From Bacteroidales bacterium (GTDB lineage Bacteria; Bacteroidota; Bacteroidia; Bacteroidales; 4484-276), in the NCBI GenBank assembly GCA_036794825.1, contig DAIRGA010000009.1, forward strand, positions 1,697 to 65,696: 64,000 nucleotides of DNA, in the 5' to 3' direction. The position numbers and the translations under genes are program-made. Position 1 is the first letter of the stretch; each line of letters starts with the position of its first letter. Below the pieces are notes generated by a model, which saw only the letters and a list, made by a program, of their open reading frames with translations, had not been told where the DNA came from and ran no database searches. Shown piece after piece: positions 8,901 through 16,337 of this stretch.

Positions 8901-9965
8901 GGTCCAGCCGAGGTAAACGTCACCCCCGAGGTTTCTGAGCAAGACCAGAGTAAAGTCGGTATCCGGATTGGTGGCAATCAGGTTGGCGCCATTCACCACC
9001 ACGATTCCGGGACTAACCGTATCGTTGTTGCAGGCTTTTGAATAGTAGTAAAACACAGCTTCCAGGCCTGCGGCCGAAGTTTGGTTATCGAAGCAGTGGT
9101 TGGCAGTAAGAAGGTAAGGCTGGGCATCTTTTGTGCGGGCATCGTTGAGCAGTCCTCCTGAACATATTCCATATCCGGCGCCAACCGGAAAATACAGAAA
9201 AGCGGTGGAACGCCGCAGCTGATTAATATAGGTGAATTCATTGGCATACGGACAATTGGCATCAATATAGCAATCGCGGAAATTTTCCTTTTCGATGTAC
9301 CGGTTATCCACATGAATGATTTTGGTGATGGTAAACGACAGGCTCCTTTCATCCCTGCTGTTTAAAGGAATCACTACCTGAATGGTAACGGATCCGGAAA
9401 ATACGGATGTGGTATAAAACCCGTATTCATCCAGCAGTCCAATCAGTTCAGTCTGTTGAAACGACTGATCGTTATCGCCAAACACATTGACCCTGACCCC
9501 GGCCGGGAAGTAACCGCTCTCAAAGAATACCCGCAGCTGATCAGCCTTCCCCGACTGAAACCTGGTGGTGAACAACAAGGTATCCTCATGAATCCTCGAT
9601 AACCTTCCGCCGGCTATTGATGTTTCGCCTTCATCGGGTAGGGATATTTTGCCGAGATCTAAAATCAATGGTTTGGCCAGATTCCTGATAACACCTACTA
9701 AGGGTGGATCGAAACTCTCCTCGATCAACCTTCTTTCAGCCAAAGATAAACTGTCCAGCGTGTGAATTTCATCTGTGCCAAGATCACTGGACAACCAGTA
9801 TAACTTGGGCTTTTCCTTGTTTATTGACCTGTTGCTGAAGTCATATTCCTCCACATCCACCGACACTTCCTCCCAATTCAATGCGCTCTGGGAATATAAA
9901 TTATTGTAAAGGGTAAACATAACTACTGCCACCCAAATCCTCAACTTGAACAAATTTACCTTCAT
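2922..9965 (-). CDS. Giant (2347 aa) T9SS-secreted protein: S1 trypsin/lysyl-endopeptidase-like protease head, Ig-like and Cys-containing domains, long beta-solenoid-like repeat region, shared pre-CTD module, T9SS CTD
   Basis: ATG start with an N-terminal signal-like segment (WVAVVMFTLYNNLYSQS). Protease triad motifs are LLTANHCF, TDFTLVLL and PGSSGSVIV. The WHNPANW...DVIIP preamble is followed by G/N/L-rich repeats. The C-terminus carries VFPNPATS...GIYQFNI. Confidence 0.9.
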   Translation of the reverse strand: MKVNLFKLRIWVAVVMFTLYNNLYSQSALNWEEVSVDVEEYDFSNRSINKEKPKLYWLSSDLGTDEIHTLDSLSLAERRLIEESFDPPLVGVIRNLAKPLILDLGKISLPDEGETSIAGGRLSRIHEDTLLFTTRFQSGKADQLRVFFESGYFPAGVRVNVFGDNDQSFQQTELIGLLDEYGFYTTSVFSGSVTIQVVIPLNSRDERSLSFTITKIIHVDNRYIEKENFRDCYIDANCPYANEFTYINQLRRSTAFLYFPVGAGYGICSGGLLNDARTKDAQPYLLTANHCFDNQTSAAGLEAVFYYYSKACNNDTVSPGIVVVNGANLIATNPDTDFTLVLLRNLGGDVYLGWTTANVGNGETLHAVHHPGGQKQKYSRYKNLYTPEYDCNNLPISRYFHTTTYAGQSSPGSSGSVIVNTSGHVVGQLYGTCHNPSWDECNFSSFDGIWGKFQLSYPNNNLQYWLNSSLGGNGAVLTTIPSLSWDFGIADVGGANTFPFSVNNTGTRPNNLNLEVYNITISGPDAADFSIIGGPSFYLSPGFGGSFQVRFSPSSSGPKSAQLVITHNADNVASPKIIPLTGYGNPCSGFIDMGYGGFANVQLFTRSGTGIWNTGTNSACGYSCPGVEQIYTFTAPETGIYRLEVPLTNNTWVDYMYRTGTCSSSGWTCIDDVYSQGTYGSLNLIKGVQYQLLLDPETTSPVTHAFYIAWDPCQNIINIGGTGSSYQQTYNGGYNGSWYTNSSTPCGTLAAGLEQIYSFTPITTGNYSVQVSSASGSAAYLWKSGSCSSTVWNCIQNISGPGKYGTLALTAFTTYYFMVVDVDNTPGAHKFYIDFAEAPGTWKGTVSSDWHNPANWSAGILPTSTMDVIIPWSPPYQMPVISNNNASCRFLVINPSATLTIGNYNLNVNLDVTIHGSLVMNGATGKLNVLRDVFWESGSIANFSAAAECYVNGDWRVNAGANCNLMSGTVRFTGETPSVIINSGNGNELSFNNVNVEKTGGQLVTIAGGSQNITIKGNLYIQNGAQMNISTLQTVYIHGNISSNGTLNCSAGTVALKGTNQFIKPNLNDYFNHLEFNQTGIVLIDNIQTSVLNVKGNLTITSGILNAQNRTIQVGRDWKNTAGDAAFLETGSRVVFNGSANQNMLSSETFNILEINTGGLFKINNPGILVNCSQYDWTSGGIEVLAGTFTAGDLFDNGIFGNYTLHEGGVINLTNDQWIDLNGNLLINGGQFNVYGGSADSDWPYAASGSLTMYGGVLDFKDRGIRMLDLPNYTFDTYIEGGIIRTVGSINNMNPGFVNLSSTFEMYGSADASIATASDCQFGNVIINKGTFDGEVTLPVITDRKGLKIPQTRASTVFVYSNQLRIDGNLMLNAGTFDLNASTVTCYQAVSINSATLKMTQAPDYLSTPDITWNEGSQAGITHGTISATHWKFANGTQAKLGTGNTAIIRNLSPSEDDDAEFGNLTIVSSSFTNPLNFKEVTGYYPTRVAGNLLIENGAIVPDLATGLLVGFNTTIQPGVVLSMTEGADISVGGNLILEGTLNLSSGSVADVYNDISLPATGVLNVGAGSFVNHGSNGIVSLNGTMILTTGIVEFPNRSVTLGATFNDQISGGTLKLGRSLTAQAPGTFQPSAGTVEFVNLSPGDYIQAVGGNYFSNVVIDKPRSSIMVYDDVIINGNLEILQGTLNANHKTISIAGNWNNNIGDAGFEETTGSVVFNGTTTQFCSAENFHHLEINKPGGAKNVTLVPGTNRNGKTGLVFTGNDMNLGGDLRINGNLDILNGKLNTGSQAFKLTCNGAVTIDNGGMLDMGASSVLKLNSNLTVYVGGTFISTGSAGQEALVTQASAGNYSFSVQPGGNFGAEYTVFEHMGSDGIYISEGAMMDPAKVFNYCTFRQGQPSGVLLTMNSSQELVSTGAIFPENTWNGQYNVAKTVNSGSITFMQYSGEYAAELFENDPFDRVNWQGTPAIHHITLPAGWSGLSSYIMPAETSLPALFAPAGDNFTILQNLSGIYYPGSGINTIGNWFSQSAYLIKMEEAFTLPFAGLPEHNKTLNLTNGWNLIPVISNTEVGTVELFDGLGSNLQIVKEAAGSKIYWPEFGITTLEHLSPGKSYFVRMNSSGSVIFPNNLDGKSFTSAEPENDPVTPWNTVIRTGSSHVIGIEADALKILDEGDIIGVFTPDGLCVGISEAGNTTQNTSLSAYANDVLTPVKDGFNANDEMHFRIFRPSTSEEWMLNAVFDKNLPNHDGTFSPEGLSMIMELKRETTGIGNNALVWSVFPNPATSIVTIQSISGIENIKIYNTVGALKMEIIGKGQTREVVDLSGFPRGIYQFNITLNEGMIISKVIKQ
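2925..3149 (-). other. T9SS type-A C-terminal sorting domain (CTD)
   Basis: The last ~75 aa read VWSVFPNPATSIVTIQS...IKIYNTVGALK...LSGFPRGIYQFNITLNEGMIISKVIKQ (FPNP box, G-x-Y box, basic C-terminus). Confidence 0.8.
3186..4058 (-). other. Shared uncharacterised pre-CTD module, copy 1 of 4
   Basis: ITLPAGWSGLSSYIMP...SGIYYPGSGINTIGNWFSQSAYLIKM...GWNLIPVIS...KIYWPEFGITTLEHLSPGKSYFVRM...TPWNTVIRTGSSHVIGI...GDIIGVFTPDGLCVG...MHFRIFRPS...EGLSMIMEL. It is collinear with the copies at 10347-11216, 24015-24884 and 29790-30650. Confidence 0.7.
8586..9203 (-). other. S1-family serine protease domain of the 2347-aa protein
   Basis: His in YLLTANHCF (aa 290), Asp in NPDTDFTLV (aa ~337) and Ser in SSPGSSGSV (aa 414). 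The order and spacing fit chymotrypsin-fold proteases of the lysyl-endopeptidase / Trypsin_2 type. Confidence 0.7.
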
Positions 9966-10079
9966 ATTGAAAAATTGTTTGATTCCAAAAATTGATTGTT
10001 TTATGATTGCTTTGGCGAATTTGATTTTATGATAAAGTTATGAGAACATAAACTACTAAATCACCAAAATGCCTGGTTT

Positions 10080-13000
10080 TTAGATTTTTACTATTTGTTT
10101 GATAGTAGTTCCGTTGTTTGAGATGAATCTGATCCGGTAAACTCCGGCAGGTAAGCGCTCAAGATCAAGGCTGATCTGAGTTTCATCTCCTGTTTTTATA
10201 CTCTTAATCACAATTCCCATCGGAGTAAGCAGTTCAATTCTTTCAACGTTAGCCAATCCTGTAATCCATACCATTCCAACCGTAGGATTAGGATAAATAT
10301 TTACTGAGCTGATGTTGAAATCATCAAAACCGACCGAAGAATTATAGAGTTGCCTTACCACCGAAATGCCTTCGGGATTGAAGTTTCCCTGATCCGGCCA
10401 GGTTTCATCGAATATGGCTTCAAGAGGAATTACCTGACTCGAAGATGGTCTGAATAATTTGAAAGACAATGATTCACCCGTCACAGCACCATCAGCTTCG
10501 GGGGTGAGCGGATCATCGGCAAATACCTGTAATGCCTGATTTGTGGACCGGTCATCAATGCCCACTGCTCCAACACACAATCCCTGAAGAGTAAACACAC
10601 CGATTATATCACCGTTTTCGAGCAACTCCATTGCAGGAAAGTCAATGCCGATGATATGACCCGAACTGGTTCGGTTAACGGGATTCCATGGCGTGTTGAG
10701 TTCTTCAGTAGGCTGATCGGGGAAGCCAGAATTGTCGGCGAGGTTGTTCGGAAAGGTGATGCTTCCCGGTGCTTCCATCCTTATGTAATAGGCTTTCCCG
10801 GTGTTAAGCTGCGATAGCGTGGCAATTCCAAATGCTGGCCAGTAAATTCGATTGCCGGCAATTTCCTTAATGATCTGCAATGAACTACCCAGGCCGCTTA
10901 CCAGTGATGAAACATTGACATCAGCGTTGCTGATTACCGGCAGCATACTCCACCCGGCAGACAGCGCCATCGTTTTGTTGTGATCGGGCAAGCCAACTAA
11001 CGGCATTGCGGCAGCTGCATTCATTTTCACAGCATAGGCCGACTGGCTGCTCCAGTTGCCAATTGTGTTGATCCCCCCGGTCGGATAATATACACCCGAA
11101 AGCGTTTGAAGGATGGTGAGATTAGCACCCACCGGGGCAAAGAGTTCCGGAAGAGAGGTTTCATATGGCATGATATAACTGGATAATCCACTCCAGCCGG
11201 CCGGCAGGCTGATGGTTTGGGTGGGTGTTGTGCTGTACCATTCAATCCGGTTGAATGGATCATTTTCGAATGCCTGGCCTGAAAAGTTACCGGTATGACC
11301 AATGAAGGTTATATATCCCTGGTTTTCAGTTTTGCTTACGTTTGATAAACTTCCAGTGGTGTTTTGAGGAAAATTCACCCCGATACTCACCAGATCCTGG
11401 TTATTATTGATAGCCAGCAAAGTTCCGCCAGGTGATCCATTCCTAAATGTGCAATTATTGAAGGCGTGATCAGGCTCGACAAAAGAATTTGGATAAAACC
11501 GGATGCCATCACCATTCATATGTTCAAAAATAGTGTAATCAGCAGCAAAAGACGCATCGGCATTAACATCGAAATAATAATTGTTCACTCCCGCCCTGGT
11601 TATCAGCACCTCACCTTCCGGCGATCCGAGAGCGGAGAATTTCCCTGATGGCTCAACAATCAATCCCTGGTCCAGTTTCAGGGTAGTCAATGGCCCCAAT
11701 TCGAGAGTACCCCCATCTCCTATAACTACGGAAGCTGCTCCGGTATTCGTTCCGCAGGTGAGTTCAATTCCCGGATAGCCGGCTTTCAGCGTGCCTTCCT
11801 GTATATCCAGAATACCCGCAACGTTTAAATTGGCTGTCATCTCCACCATACCTCCGCGGTTCATCGTAATGTTTTTGCCGTTACGATCCGTAAATGATAC
11901 CGGTATGTAACCTTCTTCTGGAGTTTTATTGATGGTAAGATGATGCAGGTTGCTGCCTCCCATGGTATTAACATAAGCATAAACATCAGAGTAGAGTTCC
12001 GTCATTCCGCCCCAGGGGTTATAATCGTTCCGGTCCACTATGAAACTGCCTGAAGTTCTGATGGTACCCCCGCTTATCCAGTTGGTGAAATTCCCGGTTG
12101 TATTGATATAGATTCCGGTGTTGTTAAAGTCAAGCGTGCCGCCGTTCATCGTCAGCGAGCCATTGCCATAAAAAGGCCAGTAGCTCATGTCGCTACCTCC
12201 CGACACCTTCAACATTCCGTCGTTGATGGTAATGTTTCCGTTCAGATCGGTATATTGCGAAAAATCCTGATTTAAATAACAAACAGCATCGGCGCCCAGG
12301 ATGGAAATGTTTCCAAAAATCCCACTGTTTACAAGATCATTGGCTGTAAAAGTACCACTTTGAACTTCCAGTGAACCTCCCATCAGAAAGCTATTGGTTG
12401 TTACATTCCCTTCGGTACCGTTGTCAATTTGCAGGCTGCCCGACGATAAATCGAGGCTGTTTACAATATGAAAATAAGGTGCGTTGATCGTGTTGTCGTT
12501 GTTAGCATAAAAAATATTGTCAACTGTCACTATATCAAGAAACTGCAAACTACCACCAGACTTGTCGTTTTGCAGGTCATAAAATGTATTGATTCCTGTT
12601 ACACTCTGATCTGAACTGCCGTTAAAAACTACCATGTTATCCATTGGGTGATACCCTCCCCAATTAAACCAGTTACCACCCACATAGATATCGGTTCCGT
12701 TTGAATATAGCTCCCCGCTGTAATTATTAAAATCATTAGCAATATTCAATGGATCAGTTTGATTTATAAACAGATAGTAATCCAGGTCTAAAGCATCTAT
12801 GGTTAGGTTGTGGAAAAAGTTACCGTTGCTGCAAGTTAATTGACGATAATCAATCTTTGGTTCGAAAGATACAGTACCGCCGGTTGGTTGAAATATCCCG
12901 GGAGTATTGGCAATAAAATTACTGCCAAGTACTATGAAGCCATCGCTCATAATTTTGGGCATACCATTCAATACAAGGACGCTGTTTCCAATTTCGATAA

Positions 13001-16000
13001 TACCATTAGTCATAGTTAGGGTTCCCGAAAAAACATTCCAGGCATCCGGCTGAACCAATTCCGACCGGAAGTAGCCGTTTTGAATAATAAGATTACTGGT
13101 GGGAGCTGTATTGAACAGCCCATAGGCTACCAGTTCTGCGTCGCCCATGTTCAGCGTTCCGTTAAGGGTAACGTCACTGTAAAACGCCAGGTACCCGCCC
13201 CGGCTCCCCGGATTTCCCGTTCTGGACCCCTCTCCGGAGGCATGGGCCGACGCGGAGGCGAAGGACAGAAACACTGTACTGGTTGGTGTATCATAAAAAT
13301 TGGAGAAAACAACCAAGCCCTGATTCTGCATGTAAAACGTATTCGAAGCTTTTACGCTTAGGTTTCCCAATAAAATAACCGTTTCTGTTGACCAGTTGGA
13401 AATATAGGCTGCATGCCCGGGATTTTTATCGATGGATACCGAGCCATACCGGGCGGAGAGTTCCCGGTTGTCGGGTCCGCCACCATTATTACCTTTAAAA
13501 GACACCAAAACTGTTTCGGGCAGGATAAAACTGCACCCATCTTCAGTGGTCAGCCATCCGTAAACGTTCAGATTTCCCTGAGTTATACTGGCAACCGAAC
13601 CGTTTTTAAACGCCAGATCGTGCACTTGTGAAGTACCTGCATTAAGGACATCCAAAGCATTGGTCATTTTCAGGGTTCCATAAACGGTGACATTTTTGTC
13701 TACCGTCAGGGTTCTGCCATTGAGAGCAAGTGTACCTGCAAGTACGGTCAGATCACCGGTGATACGGGCATTTGTGGTTAACGAAACCTGATTAGCCCTC
13801 GAACCATCAGTAAGCATTGAACCACTCCTGGCATCGAAAACTGGTTCAACAGGCAGATTGTCGCCTTCCCCTTTTGAGGATTTGTTGATGATGACATTCG
13901 GCAGCGAATTGGTGGTTCCCATAGAAATTGTCCGGTCTAAACTGCCATATAACTCAAAAGTACCGCCCACAGGAGCAAATCCGGTTCTGTTCATGTTTAG
14001 CCCGCCTGTTGTCCGGATCACTGAATATCCTGTCAACATAACATTGAGCGAATAGGATGAGTTATTGACGGTGATTCCATTATCCTTAAAATCAAGCACA
14101 CCGCCATTCATTGTAAGTGATGCATTGCGCGAAAACGCCCACCAACTGTCGCCGTTGCCGCCGTAAACATTAATGGTTCCACCGCCATCGAAAAAGACAT
14201 CCGCATCCAGATCCACCCATTGGGTGTTATCCTGGTATAAATTCAAGGTGGACCCCGCATTAACGCGGTAACTTCCGAAAAGCCCCTGCTGAGCCAGGTC
14301 AAGGGCAGTGAAGGTGGCGCCGTTCAGCACCTCCAGTCCGCCCGAGATCCAGTTGTAGCTGTTGCAGGTTACGTTTGTTCCGGCGGAATTGATTGAAATT
14401 GCTCCGGTACGGTTTACTTCAAGAGTATTAAAATTTTCCGAAGTCGTAATACTTTGTGCTCCTGTTCCATCAAAAATGACTTTACCTGAGCCAGGAATAA
14501 ATCCATCGGGAAAATTCTGGTTCGTCCAGTTCCCTCCGATATTGATGTTATACCAGGCGGTGGGCCATCCGTCATTCCCACAACTCAGTCTGCCACTGAT
14601 AATCTGCAGATTTCCTGCAATTGTCAGGTTTTTATTAGAGAGAAAAACTCCCCAATTATACCCTTTATCAACGACAACATCTCCGAATGTGAGTGTAGCA
14701 AAATTGGTTTGTAATATTTTTTGTTCATGCAAATAACCCTGAAAATAGAATTTCCCCCCCGAGAGGTTAATATTGTACCCGGCATCATTAATAAAAATGA
14801 TATTTCCACTGCAAAAGATGGTGCCACCATTCATAATAATGTTGCTTTTTTTCTTACAATAAAGATCGCCAACTATGGTAATATCAGCGTATCCATTAAG
14901 TTTCAAAGCGCCATCTGAAGCGGGAAACGTTGCTGATTGAATGATTAAGGCATCTGAACCCATACCTGATCCGACAACGAGTTGAGCCCACGACATTAAT
15001 TCAAGTATACCTCCTCTGATATCAAGCTTGTTTATAATACCTCCGCCACTGTTAATTCGCAATGTCGAACCAGTGGGCTTCTGCACTACAACTGTATTGT
15101 AACTGCTGTTCTGAGACATATCCCAATATGCAAGGTTTGTCCCATTGAATAAAAGGGTGGCGCTACTACCGGCTGTGTAATATCCATAAAAATCGTACAA
15201 AGATCCTGAGATGCTTAATGTCCCTGCATTATGCAAAAGTCCACCACTGTATACTTGTAAAGAGTTACACTCAGCATTACTGTTAATTATCGGGGTTCTT
15301 GCAACAGATTCGGCTGAGGGAATAATCACATCGTCAAGTTGAGTGGGCGCCATACCAAGCAACCAATTTGCCGGATTGTGCCAGTTTTGATCAAAGGTCC
15401 CCAGCCAAACATTTTCATAGGGTGAGATTTGAATATATTTATAATCCTCTACCTCCCCATAGGTTGTATTACCGCAAGGACTAAGAGCACCTGTCCAGGT
15501 TATTCTTATTCTCATTTTTCTAATGCCGATATATCCTAAAACAGGGTTGATAAGCGCAGTATAAGGGCCTGCGCCGGGGCTACCGCTAACAGTAAGGGTT
15601 TCATTAGCATCGTCGAAATCCCCATCTCCGTTATAGTCAATCCAAATACCGCATTGGTCGCCAGGATAGGGCGCACCGTTTGTAACTGTCACCAACGTGG
15701 GTGTATGAGGTAAATAGACCGAAGGTAAGGAATTGGAATAATCAGCATAACCAGTGCAACCACTCAGGTTATCCAAAGTTCCGAACTGCACCCGGCTGAT
15801 GTATTCGGAACATCCGCCGGAAGCGGCGCAATAGGTTACCTCAGGAAAAGATTTTGAGTGATCTGCTGGTACAAATTGATTGCTGCCATTTTCTTCAAAA
15901 TCTGTTTCATTTCCTGAATTTCTGGAAAATCTTAAGGATTGCGGGTCTGGCGCCTGGACTTTCCGAATTAATGAATCCTCCGAATACTCGGTTTGAGCCA

Positions 16001-16076
16001 ATGCAATACCAGAGGCAAAAGTGCCGAAATTCAGCACTAAATAAACTAAAACGAAAGTAAATCTAACTGCACTCAT
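10080..16076 (-). CDS. Giant (1998 aa) T9SS-secreted protein: GEVED-type head, beta-solenoid-like repeat region with an internal ~230-260-aa duplication, shared pre-CTD module, T9SS CTD
   Basis: ATG start with signal-like N-terminus FTFVLVYLVLNFGTFASGIALAQ. The GEVED motif is CGNTTYGEVEDYKY and the preamble is WHNPANW...DDVIIP. The C-terminal 555 aa are collinear with the 2347-aa neighbour. The CTD reads NIYPNPTVGMVWITG...PAGVYRIRF. Confidence 0.9.
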   Translation of the reverse strand: MSAVRFTFVLVYLVLNFGTFASGIALAQTEYSEDSLIRKVQAPDPQSLRFSRNSGNETDFEENGSNQFVPADHSKSFPEVTYCAASGGCSEYISRVQFGTLDNLSGCTGYADYSNSLPSVYLPHTPTLVTVTNGAPYPGDQCGIWIDYNGDGDFDDANETLTVSGSPGAGPYTALINPVLGYIGIRKMRIRITWTGALSPCGNTTYGEVEDYKYIQISPYENVWLGTFDQNWHNPANWLLGMAPTQLDDVIIPSAESVARTPIINSNAECNSLQVYSGGLLHNAGTLSISGSLYDFYGYYTAGSSATLLFNGTNLAYWDMSQNSSYNTVVVQKPTGSTLRINSGGGIINKLDIRGGILELMSWAQLVVGSGMGSDALIIQSATFPASDGALKLNGYADITIVGDLYCKKKSNIIMNGGTIFCSGNIIFINDAGYNINLSGGKFYFQGYLHEQKILQTNFATLTFGDVVVDKGYNWGVFLSNKNLTIAGNLQIISGRLSCGNDGWPTAWYNINIGGNWTNQNFPDGFIPGSGKVIFDGTGAQSITTSENFNTLEVNRTGAISINSAGTNVTCNSYNWISGGLEVLNGATFTALDLAQQGLFGSYRVNAGSTLNLYQDNTQWVDLDADVFFDGGGTINVYGGNGDSWWAFSRNASLTMNGGVLDFKDNGITVNNSSYSLNVMLTGYSVIRTTGGLNMNRTGFAPVGGTFELYGSLDRTISMGTTNSLPNVIINKSSKGEGDNLPVEPVFDARSGSMLTDGSRANQVSLTTNARITGDLTVLAGTLALNGRTLTVDKNVTVYGTLKMTNALDVLNAGTSQVHDLAFKNGSVASITQGNLNVYGWLTTEDGCSFILPETVLVSFKGNNGGGPDNRELSARYGSVSIDKNPGHAAYISNWSTETVILLGNLSVKASNTFYMQNQGLVVFSNFYDTPTSTVFLSFASASAHASGEGSRTGNPGSRGGYLAFYSDVTLNGTLNMGDAELVAYGLFNTAPTSNLIIQNGYFRSELVQPDAWNVFSGTLTMTNGIIEIGNSVLVLNGMPKIMSDGFIVLGSNFIANTPGIFQPTGGTVSFEPKIDYRQLTCSNGNFFHNLTIDALDLDYYLFINQTDPLNIANDFNNYSGELYSNGTDIYVGGNWFNWGGYHPMDNMVVFNGSSDQSVTGINTFYDLQNDKSGGSLQFLDIVTVDNIFYANNDNTINAPYFHIVNSLDLSSGSLQIDNGTEGNVTTNSFLMGGSLEVQSGTFTANDLVNSGIFGNISILGADAVCYLNQDFSQYTDLNGNITINDGMLKVSGGSDMSYWPFYGNGSLTMNGGTLDFNNTGIYINTTGNFTNWISGGTIRTSGSFIVDRNDYNPWGGMTELYSDVYAYVNTMGGSNLHHLTINKTPEEGYIPVSFTDRNGKNITMNRGGMVEMTANLNVAGILDIQEGTLKAGYPGIELTCGTNTGAASVVIGDGGTLELGPLTTLKLDQGLIVEPSGKFSALGSPEGEVLITRAGVNNYYFDVNADASFAADYTIFEHMNGDGIRFYPNSFVEPDHAFNNCTFRNGSPGGTLLAINNNQDLVSIGVNFPQNTTGSLSNVSKTENQGYITFIGHTGNFSGQAFENDPFNRIEWYSTTPTQTISLPAGWSGLSSYIMPYETSLPELFAPVGANLTILQTLSGVYYPTGGINTIGNWSSQSAYAVKMNAAAAMPLVGLPDHNKTMALSAGWSMLPVISNADVNVSSLVSGLGSSLQIIKEIAGNRIYWPAFGIATLSQLNTGKAYYIRMEAPGSITFPNNLADNSGFPDQPTEELNTPWNPVNRTSSGHIIGIDFPAMELLENGDIIGVFTLQGLCVGAVGIDDRSTNQALQVFADDPLTPEADGAVTGESLSFKLFRPSSSQVIPLEAIFDETWPDQGNFNPEGISVVRQLYNSSVGFDDFNISSVNIYPNPTVGMVWITGLANVERIELLTPMGIVIKSIKTGDETQISLDLERLPAGVYRIRFISNNGTTIKQIVKI
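10083..10307 (-). other. T9SS type-A C-terminal sorting domain (CTD)
   Basis: SVNIYPNPTVGMVWITGLANVERIELLTPMGIVIKS...LERLPAGVYRIRFISNNGTTIKQIVKI. Confidence 0.8.
10347..11216 (-). other. Shared uncharacterised pre-CTD module, copy 2 of 4
   Basis: ISLPAGWSGLSSYIMP...SGVYYPTGGINTIGNWSSQSAYAVKM...GWSMLPVIS...RIYWPAFGIATLSQLNTGKAYYIRM...TPWNPVNRTSSGHIIGI...GDIIGVFTLQGLCVG...LSFKLFRPS...EGISVVRQL. Confidence 0.7.
15438..15839 (-). other. GEVED-type domain at the N-terminus of the 1998-aa protein
   Basis: TYCAASGG...ISRVQFGTLDN...GYADYS...IDYNGDGDFDD...CGNTTYGEVEDY. The layout matches my memory of the Bacteroidota GEVED domain that ends in the eponymous motif. Confidence 0.6.
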
Positions 16077-16337
16077 ATTAATTTGATTTTTAGGTTAATA
16101 GGTATGACTTTTTCAATTTTGCCGCAAAACAAGTAAATCGGAAGCACAATACGTAATTAAAATATGTTAAGTCCTAAAAGCATAACTTATTCAAATGATT
16201 ATCAATAAGATATAAATCGTTAAATTTTCGTTAAAATGAAAAATGCCATCCCGGTGACCTTTTTGCTGATTTACACCGGCTTTCTTTTGAACAATTCAAA
16301 CCGGAATTGTTTAATCTATAGTTCAAAATGAAAACCT

